From an uncultured Gammaproteobacteria bacterium (GTDB lineage Bacteria > Patescibacteriota > Microgenomatia > UBA10105 > UBA927), in the NCBI GenBank assembly GCA_964629685.1, contig CAZVTT010000001.1, positions 769,319 to 833,318 on the forward strand: 64,000 nucleotides of DNA. The letters run 5' to 3'. How positions within the stretch are numbered: the stretch's first letter is position 1; every line of letters starts with the position of its first letter. Below are positions 10,314 through 19,766 of the stretch, one piece after another. Under the pieces are notes generated by a model. It ran no database searches. It worked only from the letters and a program-made list of their open reading frames with translations, and had not been told where the DNA came from. A program made the translations under genes and the position numbers.

Positions 10314-11961
10314 GGTGAAGGGAATGTGAACGTTTTTTCATAAATATATAGATGAATGGTAATATGACGATGCTCGATATTGATATGACATCACTTACTG
10401 CCCGTATTTTACTTTCACCAAATGTTATCTCCACATGATGTGTTCCTGCGGGAACTGCGAAGGTAATTTCTCCGCGCCAATTCTGATCCTGGAACTCAAT
10501 AGGCGTTACTTGTCCGTCAATTTTAACCCGCCAACCGGGAAAGTATTGAGTGTGACTTACCAACCTGGCATCGCCATCGGCAGTCACCGTGAATTGCTGG
10601 AGTTGTGTCTTTTGGGAAAAATAGGAAATTCCGGCTTTTCCGGCAATGACTTCAATTCGTTCCGGGGGGTATCCTTTGGCCGGGCCGGCAGACCAAATGA
10701 CGTCAGTTTCGCCGAAGTACGTAGTATTTAACGGATAGTTCCAGAAATCCGACTCGTTAACCCTGTCATATCCCTGTGTCGGTTGCCAGTAAAAAACTGT
10801 TGCCAGAACCGTAATTCCTAAAATGCCGAATAGTACTTTCTGTTTATGCATGCGGGGAAAATGAAACAGTAACGGACTCAAAAACGCGGTGGTGAATGTA
10901 AGTACAGCCAAAAGTCTCCAGGGAAATTGAAACTGCCTGAGCCAGCTAATATTTTGCCAGACCGGAATGGTAATGGGATGCATAAACAGCAATGCGGTCA
11001 ATGTAGGTATCAGGGAAAAAAGCAGAATTTTTTTTGTGAACCGATCCAGCTTTTTGAATTTGGTTAATAGAAACAAACCTATCATCAGTATAAACGTGTG
11101 AAATAAGCCGATGTGTACTGAGATCTCCGAAACCCGTAAGGATTTGTCATCAAATAAATTGGGAATAAAGAAATTTATAAAGCGTGGGAAATTTACTTTA
11201 AATAAATCTTTCATAAATAAATCGCCGTAGGTGTATTTGTGTTCTGCAAGTGCCGGTATCCAATACCAGGCGGCCATACATAGTCCGAGACTTAACGATA
11301 ACGCACCGGCAGCGGTATGCTTTTTTGAAGGGCTGAAAAGGAGCAGCCACCAAATGCAAAGTGCGAAAAAAACCAGAGCCAGGGAATTGTGGGAAATAAT
11401 CATAAATGCGGTGGCTAAAGCGGTTATGAGTACGGCGCTAAATTCAATTTTTTTCGTGAGTTTCGTGAGTCCGTACAAAATTAACGGAAAAAACGTATAC
11501 GCATATATCCCGCCGATGCTTCCCCGTACCAGAATTTCTATGAGTCTGTACGGGGCAAATTGGTAAAAAACGGTAAGTATAAGCGCTTTCCGGTTGTCCT
11601 CGTAAAAAGCCTTCCCGAACAGAAACATAAAAATTCCCGCTCCGAGGAAACTCAATGCCAACAGTATTTTAAAAGCGGTTACGAGAGGCACCCCGACAGC
11701 TATGAGCGGTGCCGCGATTAAAAATGCGGTATGGTATATGAATACAAAAAGCGGCATTCCGTATCCATAATTTAGCTCTCCCGCCCATCTGACTGGAATA
11801 TGCAAGTCAGCCAGCGCTTTATAATAAGCCGCCATTCTCGGAATCTGAACGCCGCCGTCACTGGTATGCGGGAGCAGGGGATTTAAAAAAATGCCTATAA
11901 ACGGTAAAAGAGAGAGAATAATAATGAGTAAATAGTAACGGCTATTGTGGAGACGATTCAT
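10303..11961 (-). CDS. PTPS-related/YfhO-like GT-C membrane protein
   Basis: HTSDGGVQIPRM, VRWAGELNYGYGMP, VRGSIGG, FQFPWR, YFPGW..IEFQD. Confidence 0.8.
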   Translation of the reverse strand: MNRLHNSRYYLLIIILSLLPFIGIFLNPLLPHTSDGGVQIPRMAAYYKALADLHIPVRWAGELNYGYGMPLFVFIYHTAFLIAAPLIAVGVPLVTAFKILLALSFLGAGIFMFLFGKAFYEDNRKALILTVFYQFAPYRLIEILVRGSIGGIYAYTFFPLILYGLTKLTKKIEFSAVLITALATAFMIISHNSLALVFFALCIWWLLLFSPSKKHTAAGALSLSLGLCMAAWYWIPALAEHKYTYGDLFMKDLFKVNFPRFINFFIPNLFDDKSLRVSEISVHIGLFHTFILMIGLFLLTKFKKLDRFTKKILLFSLIPTLTALLFMHPITIPVWQNISWLRQFQFPWRLLAVLTFTTAFLSPLLFHFPRMHKQKVLFGILGITVLATVFYWQPTQGYDRVNESDFWNYPLNTTYFGETDVIWSAGPAKGYPPERIEVIAGKAGISYFSQKTQLQQFTVTADGDARLVSHTQYFPGWRVKIDGQVTPIEFQDQNWRGEITFAVPAGTHHVEITFGESKIRAVSDVISISSIVILPFIYIFMKKRSHSLHHAA

Positions 11962-12003
11962 GTGGTATAAATTTGGATTTTGCTTCCGTGTGCGTATAGC
12001 CGT

Positions 12004-12012
12004 ATTATAACA
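12004..12012 (-). promoter_or_regulatory. extended -10 promoter (TGnTATAAT) for the leftward GT-C arm
   Basis: The plus strand reads ATTATAACA, which is TGTTATAAT on the minus strand, about 40 nt upstream of the ATG at 11961 in the short divergent gap. Confidence 0.55.
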
Positions 12013-12024
12013 GAGGTGTTACAC

Positions 12025-13554
12025 ATGACAGGCACGCAAATTATCAACGGGATAAAGAGAAACTGGATACTGCTTACAATCCTATCCATAGCTACATTTT
12101 TGCGTTTATGGCATATCGGTCGGGCTATGGAGTTCCTCGGTGATCAGGGAAGTGCCGCGGTCGTTATCCTGGACGCCTGGCAACAGAAAATACTTCCTTT
12201 GGTGGGACCAACTGTAAGTTTGGGTATCCGGCCTGGACCGCTTTACTACTATCTTATTGCACCGTGGTTAATCCTTTCAGGATTTAATCCCATTTTCGTA
12301 TCCGTGTTCTTCGCTGCCGTAGGCGTATTAACCGTTTGGTTACTGTATCTAGTCTGCAAAAGATTATGCGGCAGGGATGTGGGTCTTATTGTTGCCGGAC
12401 TCTATGCGATCTCCCCTGCGATTGTGACCGCCAGCCGGATGATGTGGAATCCAACCGCCATACCGTTTTTTGTTGCGTTAATGATCTATACGGTGCTGAA
12501 ACAGCGGGATACCCAGCAATACCGGTACGCTGTGCTAACCGGATTAATGGCCGGCTGTTTGGTCCAATTACATTACACGACCTTGATTGTAAGCGGGTGC
12601 CTTGTCATAGCACAGGTATTTCTCTGGAAGAGCATTCATAAACGTATTCGGATAAAACATATTGTATATGGCATCGGATTATGGGGGTTTGGTTTTTTGC
12701 TATCGCTTTTTCCGTTTCTTTACTCCGAGTGGATAAATAATTTCCCCAATATTCGGGAATTGTTATTAATGGGGCTGGGTGAGGGTAGTCCGGTATCCGA
12801 CTCGTTGCGTTCTGAGCCTGCGGTAGCATACGGATTTTCCCTGGAACTGTTCCGTAACGTTATTCCTTTCCTGCGGAATGTACCGGTATGGCTGTTGCAG
12901 GTCGTATTTTTAGCCATTGCCGTGATGCGTGGTAGTCGCTGGGGTAAGATTTTTGCGTGTGTCTATATCGTGGGGATATTGGCTATGTCCAGATATAGTG
13001 GACCCATGTTCAGTCACTATTTTTATTTTTTGTTACCAATTCCGTTTATAATCGCTGGCTTTGTTTTTTCTGAGGTCGGTTCCCGTTTCGGAAAAACTAC
13101 GCTCTGGTCTGTAGGAGTATTGCTGCTTGTTTGGTTGGGTATAGGAAATTTGCGTCCACACCAGTATCCTGACGATATTGTCCGTACATCCGAAAGTACA
13201 CAGCGGATGATATCAGCGGCTGCAAATAGACCCTTTTCTTTTACCCTAACGAAAAGTCGTTCTTTTTCCGATTTTCATTATCGGTTTTATTTCCGATTGT
13301 TTAAGGTAAGTCCGGTTCATATTACGGATAAAAGTTATCCGATATTGTTTCTCGTGTGCGAGCAATTACCGTGTCCGACTCATGAGGAACTTGAAAGACC
13401 CCGAATACTTAATACTATGTGCTCTGATCATCATTGCAGCGGGAGATATCCGGAGATATTTTTTGATGATTGGGAATATACCAGTACGCTAAACGGTCCC
13501 ATGTACACTATTTATCAATATCAACGCGTAAAGCCCGTGTCATCGGGCGGGTAA
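12025..13554 (+). CDS. ArnT/PMT-like GT-C membrane glycosyltransferase (DQG subtype)
   Basis: EFLGDQG, PLVGP, GPLYYYLIAP, SRMMWNP, QLHY; GAGGTG Shine-Dalgarno 6 nt before ATG 12025. Confidence 0.82.
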   Translation: MTGTQIINGIKRNWILLTILSIATFLRLWHIGRAMEFLGDQGSAAVVILDAWQQKILPLVGPTVSLGIRPGPLYYYLIAPWLILSGFNPIFVSVFFAAVGVLTVWLLYLVCKRLCGRDVGLIVAGLYAISPAIVTASRMMWNPTAIPFFVALMIYTVLKQRDTQQYRYAVLTGLMAGCLVQLHYTTLIVSGCLVIAQVFLWKSIHKRIRIKHIVYGIGLWGFGFLLSLFPFLYSEWINNFPNIRELLLMGLGEGSPVSDSLRSEPAVAYGFSLELFRNVIPFLRNVPVWLLQVVFLAIAVMRGSRWGKIFACVYIVGILAMSRYSGPMFSHYFYFLLPIPFIIAGFVFSEVGSRFGKTTLWSVGVLLLVWLGIGNLRPHQYPDDIVRTSESTQRMISAAANRPFSFTLTKSRSFSDFHYRFYFRLFKVSPVHITDKSYPILFLVCEQLPCPTHEELERPRILNTMCSDHHCSGRYPEIFFDDWEYTSTLNGPMYTIYQYQRVKPVSSGG

Positions 13555-13575
13555 GTTTAGTACAATATAACTGCT

Positions 13576-14847
13576 ATGGAGCATCTTTTTGCGCTCAATG
13601 CTATCCTTTTATTTGCTTTGGGATTTCCCCTGGTTATGAAATACAGGATTCTTCCCGTTGAGGGAACTCCATACTGGCTATTTGGTGTTTTGTTTGTACT
13701 GTGGGTGGGTAATTGTGCGTTGGCGTTTTTCCGAAAACAAATTGAAAAAAAATTACCCGTTCAAAGTATCAGGAATGTTATTTTGGTCGTTAGTTTGACT
13801 TTAGTTATCGGTGGAATCACGTGGACATCAATAGCGGATAGGCACAGAGTTGCTCCCGTTTGGGGTGTACACGATATTATTTTGCAGCAGGAAGCTGCCA
13901 TGCGCTATCTGGTTACGGGGAAGAATCCGTATAAAGAAACCTATTTCGGTACGCCGGTCGAAAGTTTTAAATATGACGAGATGGGTGAAGCTGCCGTAAA
14001 TCCTGCACTATATCATTTTGTCATGCCGCCGTGGTATTTACTTTTCCCCTTTAGTGTTTACGTTCCTGCTAACCGGTTATTCGGCTACTTCGACGGAAGA
14101 ATGGTATCTTTGCTGTGTCTCTTGGGTACACTCTATATCTTGTGGCGTTGGTTCCATACCCGTGAATTGGGTGTACTTGCAATTATCTTGACCGCGTTAT
14201 CTCCCGGCATAGTGGAGTATTTTATTGAAGGCCGCAGTGATGCGTTTGCATTGTTCTGGATGCTGTTGGCATTTTTTCTGTTGGATAGCAAACGGTATAT
14301 TTCATCGGCAATCGTGTTCGGACTGGCATTTTTAAGTAAGCAAACCATCTGGTTTGCGACCCCCATTTTTTTTGTTTTACTGTGGTTAAAAAGTAATTCC
14401 CGTAAAACGGTTATTCGCTCCGTTATTGCTACCGGAATAGTTGTGTTAGCATTAGTGACGCCGTTTTTGCTTTGGGATGCGGAGGCTTTTTTCGCGAGTA
14501 CGGTATTTTATTTAAGCGGCAGTGCGAATTTAGCAACCAGTTATCCCGTATCAGGTTACGGGTTCGGAATGCTTTTGCACTCGTTGGGTTTTATCCGTTC
14601 AATACATGATTATTATCCATTTACTATCTGGCAGATACTCTGCGGGCTCCCCGTTCTCGGATTTGGCATATGGCGGCTCAAAAAACAACCCAAAGTATCA
14701 ACCGCGCTATTTGTATACGGATTATTTCTCTGTATCGTTTGGTATTTCAGCCGGTATTTTAACAACAGCCACGTCGGAGTTGTTGCACAACTCTTAGGCT
14801 TGGCACTGCTAAAACAGGCAGATGAGTATCGGGAGAATGCGACATGA
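13576..14847 (+). CDS. GT87/DUF2029-like GT-C membrane glycosyltransferase
   Basis: HDIILQQEAA..GKNPY, HFVMPP, EGRSD, SKQ motifs; fully hydrophobic multi-TM protein. Confidence 0.7.
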   Translation: MEHLFALNAILLFALGFPLVMKYRILPVEGTPYWLFGVLFVLWVGNCALAFFRKQIEKKLPVQSIRNVILVVSLTLVIGGITWTSIADRHRVAPVWGVHDIILQQEAAMRYLVTGKNPYKETYFGTPVESFKYDEMGEAAVNPALYHFVMPPWYLLFPFSVYVPANRLFGYFDGRMVSLLCLLGTLYILWRWFHTRELGVLAIILTALSPGIVEYFIEGRSDAFALFWMLLAFFLLDSKRYISSAIVFGLAFLSKQTIWFATPIFFVLLWLKSNSRKTVIRSVIATGIVVLALVTPFLLWDAEAFFASTVFYLSGSANLATSYPVSGYGFGMLLHSLGFIRSIHDYYPFTIWQILCGLPVLGFGIWRLKKQPKVSTALFVYGLFLCIVWYFSRYFNNSHVGVVAQLLGLALLKQADEYRENAT

Positions 14848-16457
14848 AACGACGATTCCTGCTGATTTGGTTCGTGTTAGTGCTCGTTGCCGCAATATTG
14901 CGGATCTATGGGATCTCGCAGAATCCTCCGGGATTATCCTGGGATGAAGTCTCAATCGGGTACAACGCATATAGTATTCTTAAGACAGGCGCTGATGAGC
15001 ACGGGAAAATATTACCACTGGACACCTTTGTAGCGTACGGAGATTATAAACCGCCGCTATCTATCTATATTACCGTTCCGTTCGTATCTGTATTTGGATT
15101 AAACGCATTGGCTGTCCGTTTACCGTCGGCGCTGTTCGGTATTGCATTAGTCGTGCTTATATTTCCGTTAGTAAAACAACTGTACTCAGATAAAACGCAG
15201 GCAGAGTATTTAGGTCTGATCGCGACCGGTGTGATGGCTTTTTCGCCATGGCATATTAATTTATCCAGGGCGGGCTTTGAGGCTAACATTGCCACAACAC
15301 TGGTGGCCTTTGGTGTTTATGCTATCCTGCGTGCCCGCTCAGCCATTTTCTGGCGATACTGGTGTTGGATACCGTTTGTATTGGCCATGTATACCTTTAA
15401 CAGCGCCCGTTATTTGGTTCCGCTTTTGGGTGTTGTATTGCTCTATCCGCTTCGGCTGGAGATAGTAAAATCCAAAAAAAATTGGTTAGTGGGAATGGTT
15501 TTGGCATTTGTTTTTTTAGTTCCGCTTATACCTCACCTGTTATCGCCTCAGGCACGATTGAGGTTTACGGAGGTGAATATTTTTTCGGATAGTTCCGTCG
15601 TTATCACGGCAAATGAACGGATTGCTGCAGACGGGAATTCAATATTCAGTTCTATCCTGAATAACAGAAGGATCGGATATGCCAGAAGTTATCTAACACA
15701 TTTTTTTGATCACTTTGAACCTTGGTTTTTATTTATCCGCGGTGATGGTAATCCAAAATTTTCCATTCAGGATGTGGGTCAGCTCTATATGGTGGAAGCC
15801 CCCTTTCTGATAGTCGGTTTGTTCTGGTGGATACTTCACGCCAGAAAGAGCGGAATATTGTTGCTGACATGGCTACTGCTGGCCATTATTCCTGCTGCAA
15901 CAGCTCGTGAAACTCCCCATGCTTTACGGATAGAAAATTCTTTACCCGTCTGGCAGTTATTTATTGCAGGAGGAGTTCTTTCGGTATGGGTGTCCGTACG
16001 TCAGCGTATCCGCCGTAACATCGTAATCCTACTTTGCCTGGGACTTTGGTTCGGGAATATTATTTTTTACATACATAACTATTACCAACACTACCCGCGG
16101 CAATATTCAGGGGAGTGGCAATACGGGTATAAGGAAGCACTCCAAAATGCTTTTCCGCTGGTATCGTCATATAAACACGTAGTGATTTCCGAGCGGATAG
16201 GCAGGGCATATATGTACGTATTGTTTTATTCTCAATTTGATCCGCGGAAGTTTATTGCTGATAAAGAATCATTTTTTGATGCGGCGGGTTTTTATAACGT
16301 GGTTAGGTTTGATAAATACCGTTTTGTAAAAGAAGCTCCGGCATTTGAACCGGATACGCTTTACATACTGCCTCCTGATCAGGTTCCGTCGGGAGCACAC
16401 GTGTTAACTACCGTTAGGCTATTAAACGGCAACCCTGTTTTAGTCCTGTTTGATTAA
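14844..16457 (+). CDS. ArnT/PMT-like GT-C membrane glycosyltransferase
   Basis: WDEVSIGYNAYSILKTGADEHG, GDYKPPL, SPWHINLSRAGFE, WQYGY. Confidence 0.87.
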   Translation: MKRRFLLIWFVLVLVAAILRIYGISQNPPGLSWDEVSIGYNAYSILKTGADEHGKILPLDTFVAYGDYKPPLSIYITVPFVSVFGLNALAVRLPSALFGIALVVLIFPLVKQLYSDKTQAEYLGLIATGVMAFSPWHINLSRAGFEANIATTLVAFGVYAILRARSAIFWRYWCWIPFVLAMYTFNSARYLVPLLGVVLLYPLRLEIVKSKKNWLVGMVLAFVFLVPLIPHLLSPQARLRFTEVNIFSDSSVVITANERIAADGNSIFSSILNNRRIGYARSYLTHFFDHFEPWFLFIRGDGNPKFSIQDVGQLYMVEAPFLIVGLFWWILHARKSGILLLTWLLLAIIPAATARETPHALRIENSLPVWQLFIAGGVLSVWVSVRQRIRRNIVILLCLGLWFGNIIFYIHNYYQHYPRQYSGEWQYGYKEALQNAFPLVSSYKHVVISERIGRAYMYVLFYSQFDPRKFIADKESFFDAAGFYNVVRFDKYRFVKEAPAFEPDTLYILPPDQVPSGAHVLTTVRLLNGNPVLVLFD

Positions 16458-16458
16458 T

Positions 16459-18102
16459 ATGAAAACATTTTTAACTAAAAATCGGTTAATTCTGGGAATT
16501 TTATGTATAGGTTTTATGCTAAGGATTTGGCAACTGGGATCAGTTCCGCCCAGCCCGGATTGGGATGAAGCTGCCTTAGGATATAACGCGTATTCAATAC
16601 TAAAAACCGGAAGAGATGAATACGGTATCTGGTTTCCGCGTACGTTGCGTTCGTTTGATGATTATAAACCACCGCTCTATATGTACCTGACGATACCGTC
16701 GGTAGCTATTTTCGGTCTGGATACTTGGACTGTACGGTTGCCGTCCGTGGTGATGGGAATGTTCGCAATTTGGGGAGTCTTTCTCATGACCGGAGAGTTG
16801 CTGCGGAGGACAAACGAAAAGAAAGAGTTTCGGGCCATGCCCTATCTGAGTGCATTGCTATTGGCAATCTCTCCTTGGCATATTCAATTTTCGCGAATAG
16901 CATTTGAAGCAAATACCGGCGTTACGTTAAATATTTTGGGAGTATATACGTTGTTGCGGGGATTTAGGTCGCCTCGTTGGTTATTGGGGAGTGCTGCTTT
17001 ATTTGCCTTAAGTCTCTACGCGTATCATAGCCAACGGATATTTGCACCGCTTCTGGTATTGTTACTCGGCGGCATTTTTTGGCATGAACTTCGTCGGGTT
17101 AACCTTAAGTTCATACTAGGTGCGTTTGTTGTTGGTATATTGGTCATAGCGCCCTTGATACCGGTTATTTTTGATACGACGGCCTTAACACGTTTACGCG
17201 GAACCAGTTCACTTTCCGATCAGACCAGATTATTGGCAAATAGTGTAGAAAAATTGGACGCAGATCAGAAAGCCGGTAATAGAATCGGATTGTTGCTCGA
17301 TAACAGACGTCTGGTATGGGCGCGAACATTGGCGGAAGGATATGTATCCCATTTTTCACTGCGTTGGTTATTTCTGACCGGAGATAATGCCAGGCATCAT
17401 GCTCCCGATAATGGTTTACTGTATCTTTGGGAATTGCCATTTCTATTCTTGGGAATGTTGTGGGTCTTTCATAAAGGGAAAATATTACGCTCTTTGCTTT
17501 TCGGTTGGTTGCTGCTTGCGCCGGTTGCCGCTTCACCGACAACGGAGTTACCTCATGCTATTAGGACATTGGTTTTTTTACCTGTATGGCAGATATTTAC
17601 GGCATTCGGAATCGTGTATGCCTGGCGTCGGATTCAAACATATCGTTCCCCAATAACTCGCGTTATGACGCTTGGCGTTGTAATCGCGATAGTATTTAAT
17701 CTTGTCTTTTATCTTTATATGTATTTCCGGCAGTTAAACAGGGAATATTCTCCTTATTGGCAGTATGGGTATAGGCAGGCTGTACTTTATACACAGCAGC
17801 ACTACGATGCGTATCAGAAAATAATCGTGTCTACGAAATTGGAACAACCTCACATGTTTTTCCTTTTTTACCTGAAATATGATCCCGTTTTATATCTGTC
17901 TAATGGGGGGACTAAGTCCGGGGGATTTGCAGAGGTCAGGAATGCATTCGGTAAGTACGAATTCAGACCGATTCATTGGGAGCAGGAGAAACGTGACGGG
18001 ACCGAATTATATATCGGTACACCGAATGAAATTAGCGGAAGCCGGCTGGAGACGATTTATTATCTGGACGGAAAAGAAGCGATAATTATTGCCGACCGTT
18101 AA
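16459..18102 (+). CDS. ArnT/PMT-like GT-C membrane glycosyltransferase
   Basis: WDEAALGYNAYSILKTGRDEYG, DDYKPPLY, SPWHIQFSRIAFE, WQYGY; ATG 1 nt after the upstream stop. Confidence 0.87.
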   Translation: MKTFLTKNRLILGILCIGFMLRIWQLGSVPPSPDWDEAALGYNAYSILKTGRDEYGIWFPRTLRSFDDYKPPLYMYLTIPSVAIFGLDTWTVRLPSVVMGMFAIWGVFLMTGELLRRTNEKKEFRAMPYLSALLLAISPWHIQFSRIAFEANTGVTLNILGVYTLLRGFRSPRWLLGSAALFALSLYAYHSQRIFAPLLVLLLGGIFWHELRRVNLKFILGAFVVGILVIAPLIPVIFDTTALTRLRGTSSLSDQTRLLANSVEKLDADQKAGNRIGLLLDNRRLVWARTLAEGYVSHFSLRWLFLTGDNARHHAPDNGLLYLWELPFLFLGMLWVFHKGKILRSLLFGWLLLAPVAASPTTELPHAIRTLVFLPVWQIFTAFGIVYAWRRIQTYRSPITRVMTLGVVIAIVFNLVFYLYMYFRQLNREYSPYWQYGYRQAVLYTQQHYDAYQKIIVSTKLEQPHMFFLFYLKYDPVLYLSNGGTKSGGFAEVRNAFGKYEFRPIHWEQEKRDGTELYIGTPNEISGSRLETIYYLDGKEAIIIADR

Positions 18103-18107
18103 CCCTT

Positions 18108-19766
18108 ATGCAAAAACAGTTTTTCGCAGCGATACGGAAGCACGGTATTTGGATTGTACTTTTCTGTGCATTATTGCTGAGGCTGTATGCTATAGAACAC
18201 GTTCCTCCCAGTCCTTCTTTAGATGAGGTTTCGTTAGGGTATAATGCCTATTCCATTTTAAGGACCGGAATGGATGAGTTTGGTACCCGGTATCCCATCA
18301 TATTGCGGGCATATGACGATTTTCGTCCGGCCCTGTATGTCTACGCAGTAGCGCCGATGGTCGCTGTTTTCGGATTAACACCGTTAGCTGTACGGTTGCC
18401 CTCAGTTCTCTTGTCGTTAGCAAGTATTTGGGGATCATATATGATTGTTAAAACGTGGTTCTTGCTTTACTGGCAGCAGGTAAAGACAAAACGATTTGCA
18501 GAAGAAGCAGCATTGGGAACCGCCTTATTGCTGGCAATATCCCCGTGGCATATATATCTCTCCCGGTTGGGTCATGAAGTAAATTTAGGATTAGCATCCG
18601 TAATTATATCGATTCTGGTATTTTTCCGCGCCCTTAGTACGAAACGTTTTGGGTGGTTAATCCTTTCTGCTTGTACTTTCGGTTTAGCGTTCTATAGCTA
18701 TCAGAGTGAAAAAGTAGTTGTACCGTTGGTTCTTTTAGCATTGGGTATGTTGTTTCTTCGCGAATTGTGGAAGACTAAACGCACCGAATTAATCATTTCA
18801 TTGTTGGTAGGGTTTATTTTAGTAACGCCAATGACCGTACAATCCTTGAGCAAACAGGGAATGCTGCGATATACCGCCACATCCGCATTTACCGAGGGAA
18901 ATCCGATTTATGCACGGGATCGTCAGAATTTCGTGGCAGCAAAAACAAAGGGGAATATAGTGGGACAGTTACTTGCTTACCCGAAATTTTCATCACTAAA
19001 AATATTTTTGGGAAATTATTTTTCACATTTTAATATCGGCTGGTTATTTTTCGGTGGCCAACATGAAAGCCATAAGGTTCCGAACCTCGGATTACTGTAC
19101 GTATGGGAGTTTCCGTTTATCGTAATCGGTATATGGCTGTTCCTAAAATCACCCTTTCCGGGCAAATTAAAGTGGTTTGTAACAGTATGGTTTTTGTCTG
19201 CGGCAGTACCGGCAGCCATTACCACTCAGGCTCCTCACGCAATGCGTTCCTTGACGTTTCTGCCGTTATGGCAATTTTTTTCTGCTTACGCAGCGGCTTA
19301 TCTCATTGCGCGTATTCAATGGCCGGTGATTATCGGTTTAACGGTAGCGGTTATGGCAAGCATAATATCGTTTAATACAAATTATTTTCGCGTATTTCCC
19401 GTGACGCAGTCAGACTCGTTTCAATTCCCCTTGTCGCAAGCCCTGCCCGTTGTATTTGAACTGGAAGACGGGTATAAGCACATAGTGGTATCGAATGAAG
19501 ACGCGCTGTACCAGTCCTATATGTTTTATCTGTTTAACCGAAAGTATGATCCAAAAATGTATCTGAAAATGGGAGGTACCGTCAGTGGCGGATTTGCCGA
19601 AAAACATAGTATCGGAAAATACGAATTTAGGCCGTTACATCCGGGTGAAAAAATGGAGCCGGATGTCCTGTACGTTGGGAATCCGCAGGATTTTAACGGC
19701 GGAACAACCGTAAGGGAATTTACAAACTTAGCAGGACAAACGCGAGTGGTTGTGAAAACATTATGA
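18108..19766 (+). CDS. ArnT/PMT-like GT-C membrane glycosyltransferase
   Basis: LDEVSLGYNAYSILRTGMDEFG, DDFRPALY, SPWHIYLSRLGHE, PHAMR. Confidence 0.87.
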   Translation: MQKQFFAAIRKHGIWIVLFCALLLRLYAIEHVPPSPSLDEVSLGYNAYSILRTGMDEFGTRYPIILRAYDDFRPALYVYAVAPMVAVFGLTPLAVRLPSVLLSLASIWGSYMIVKTWFLLYWQQVKTKRFAEEAALGTALLLAISPWHIYLSRLGHEVNLGLASVIISILVFFRALSTKRFGWLILSACTFGLAFYSYQSEKVVVPLVLLALGMLFLRELWKTKRTELIISLLVGFILVTPMTVQSLSKQGMLRYTATSAFTEGNPIYARDRQNFVAAKTKGNIVGQLLAYPKFSSLKIFLGNYFSHFNIGWLFFGGQHESHKVPNLGLLYVWEFPFIVIGIWLFLKSPFPGKLKWFVTVWFLSAAVPAAITTQAPHAMRSLTFLPLWQFFSAYAAAYLIARIQWPVIIGLTVAVMASIISFNTNYFRVFPVTQSDSFQFPLSQALPVVFELEDGYKHIVVSNEDALYQSYMFYLFNRKYDPKMYLKMGGTVSGGFAEKHSIGKYEFRPLHPGEKMEPDVLYVGNPQDFNGGTTVREFTNLAGQTRVVVKTL

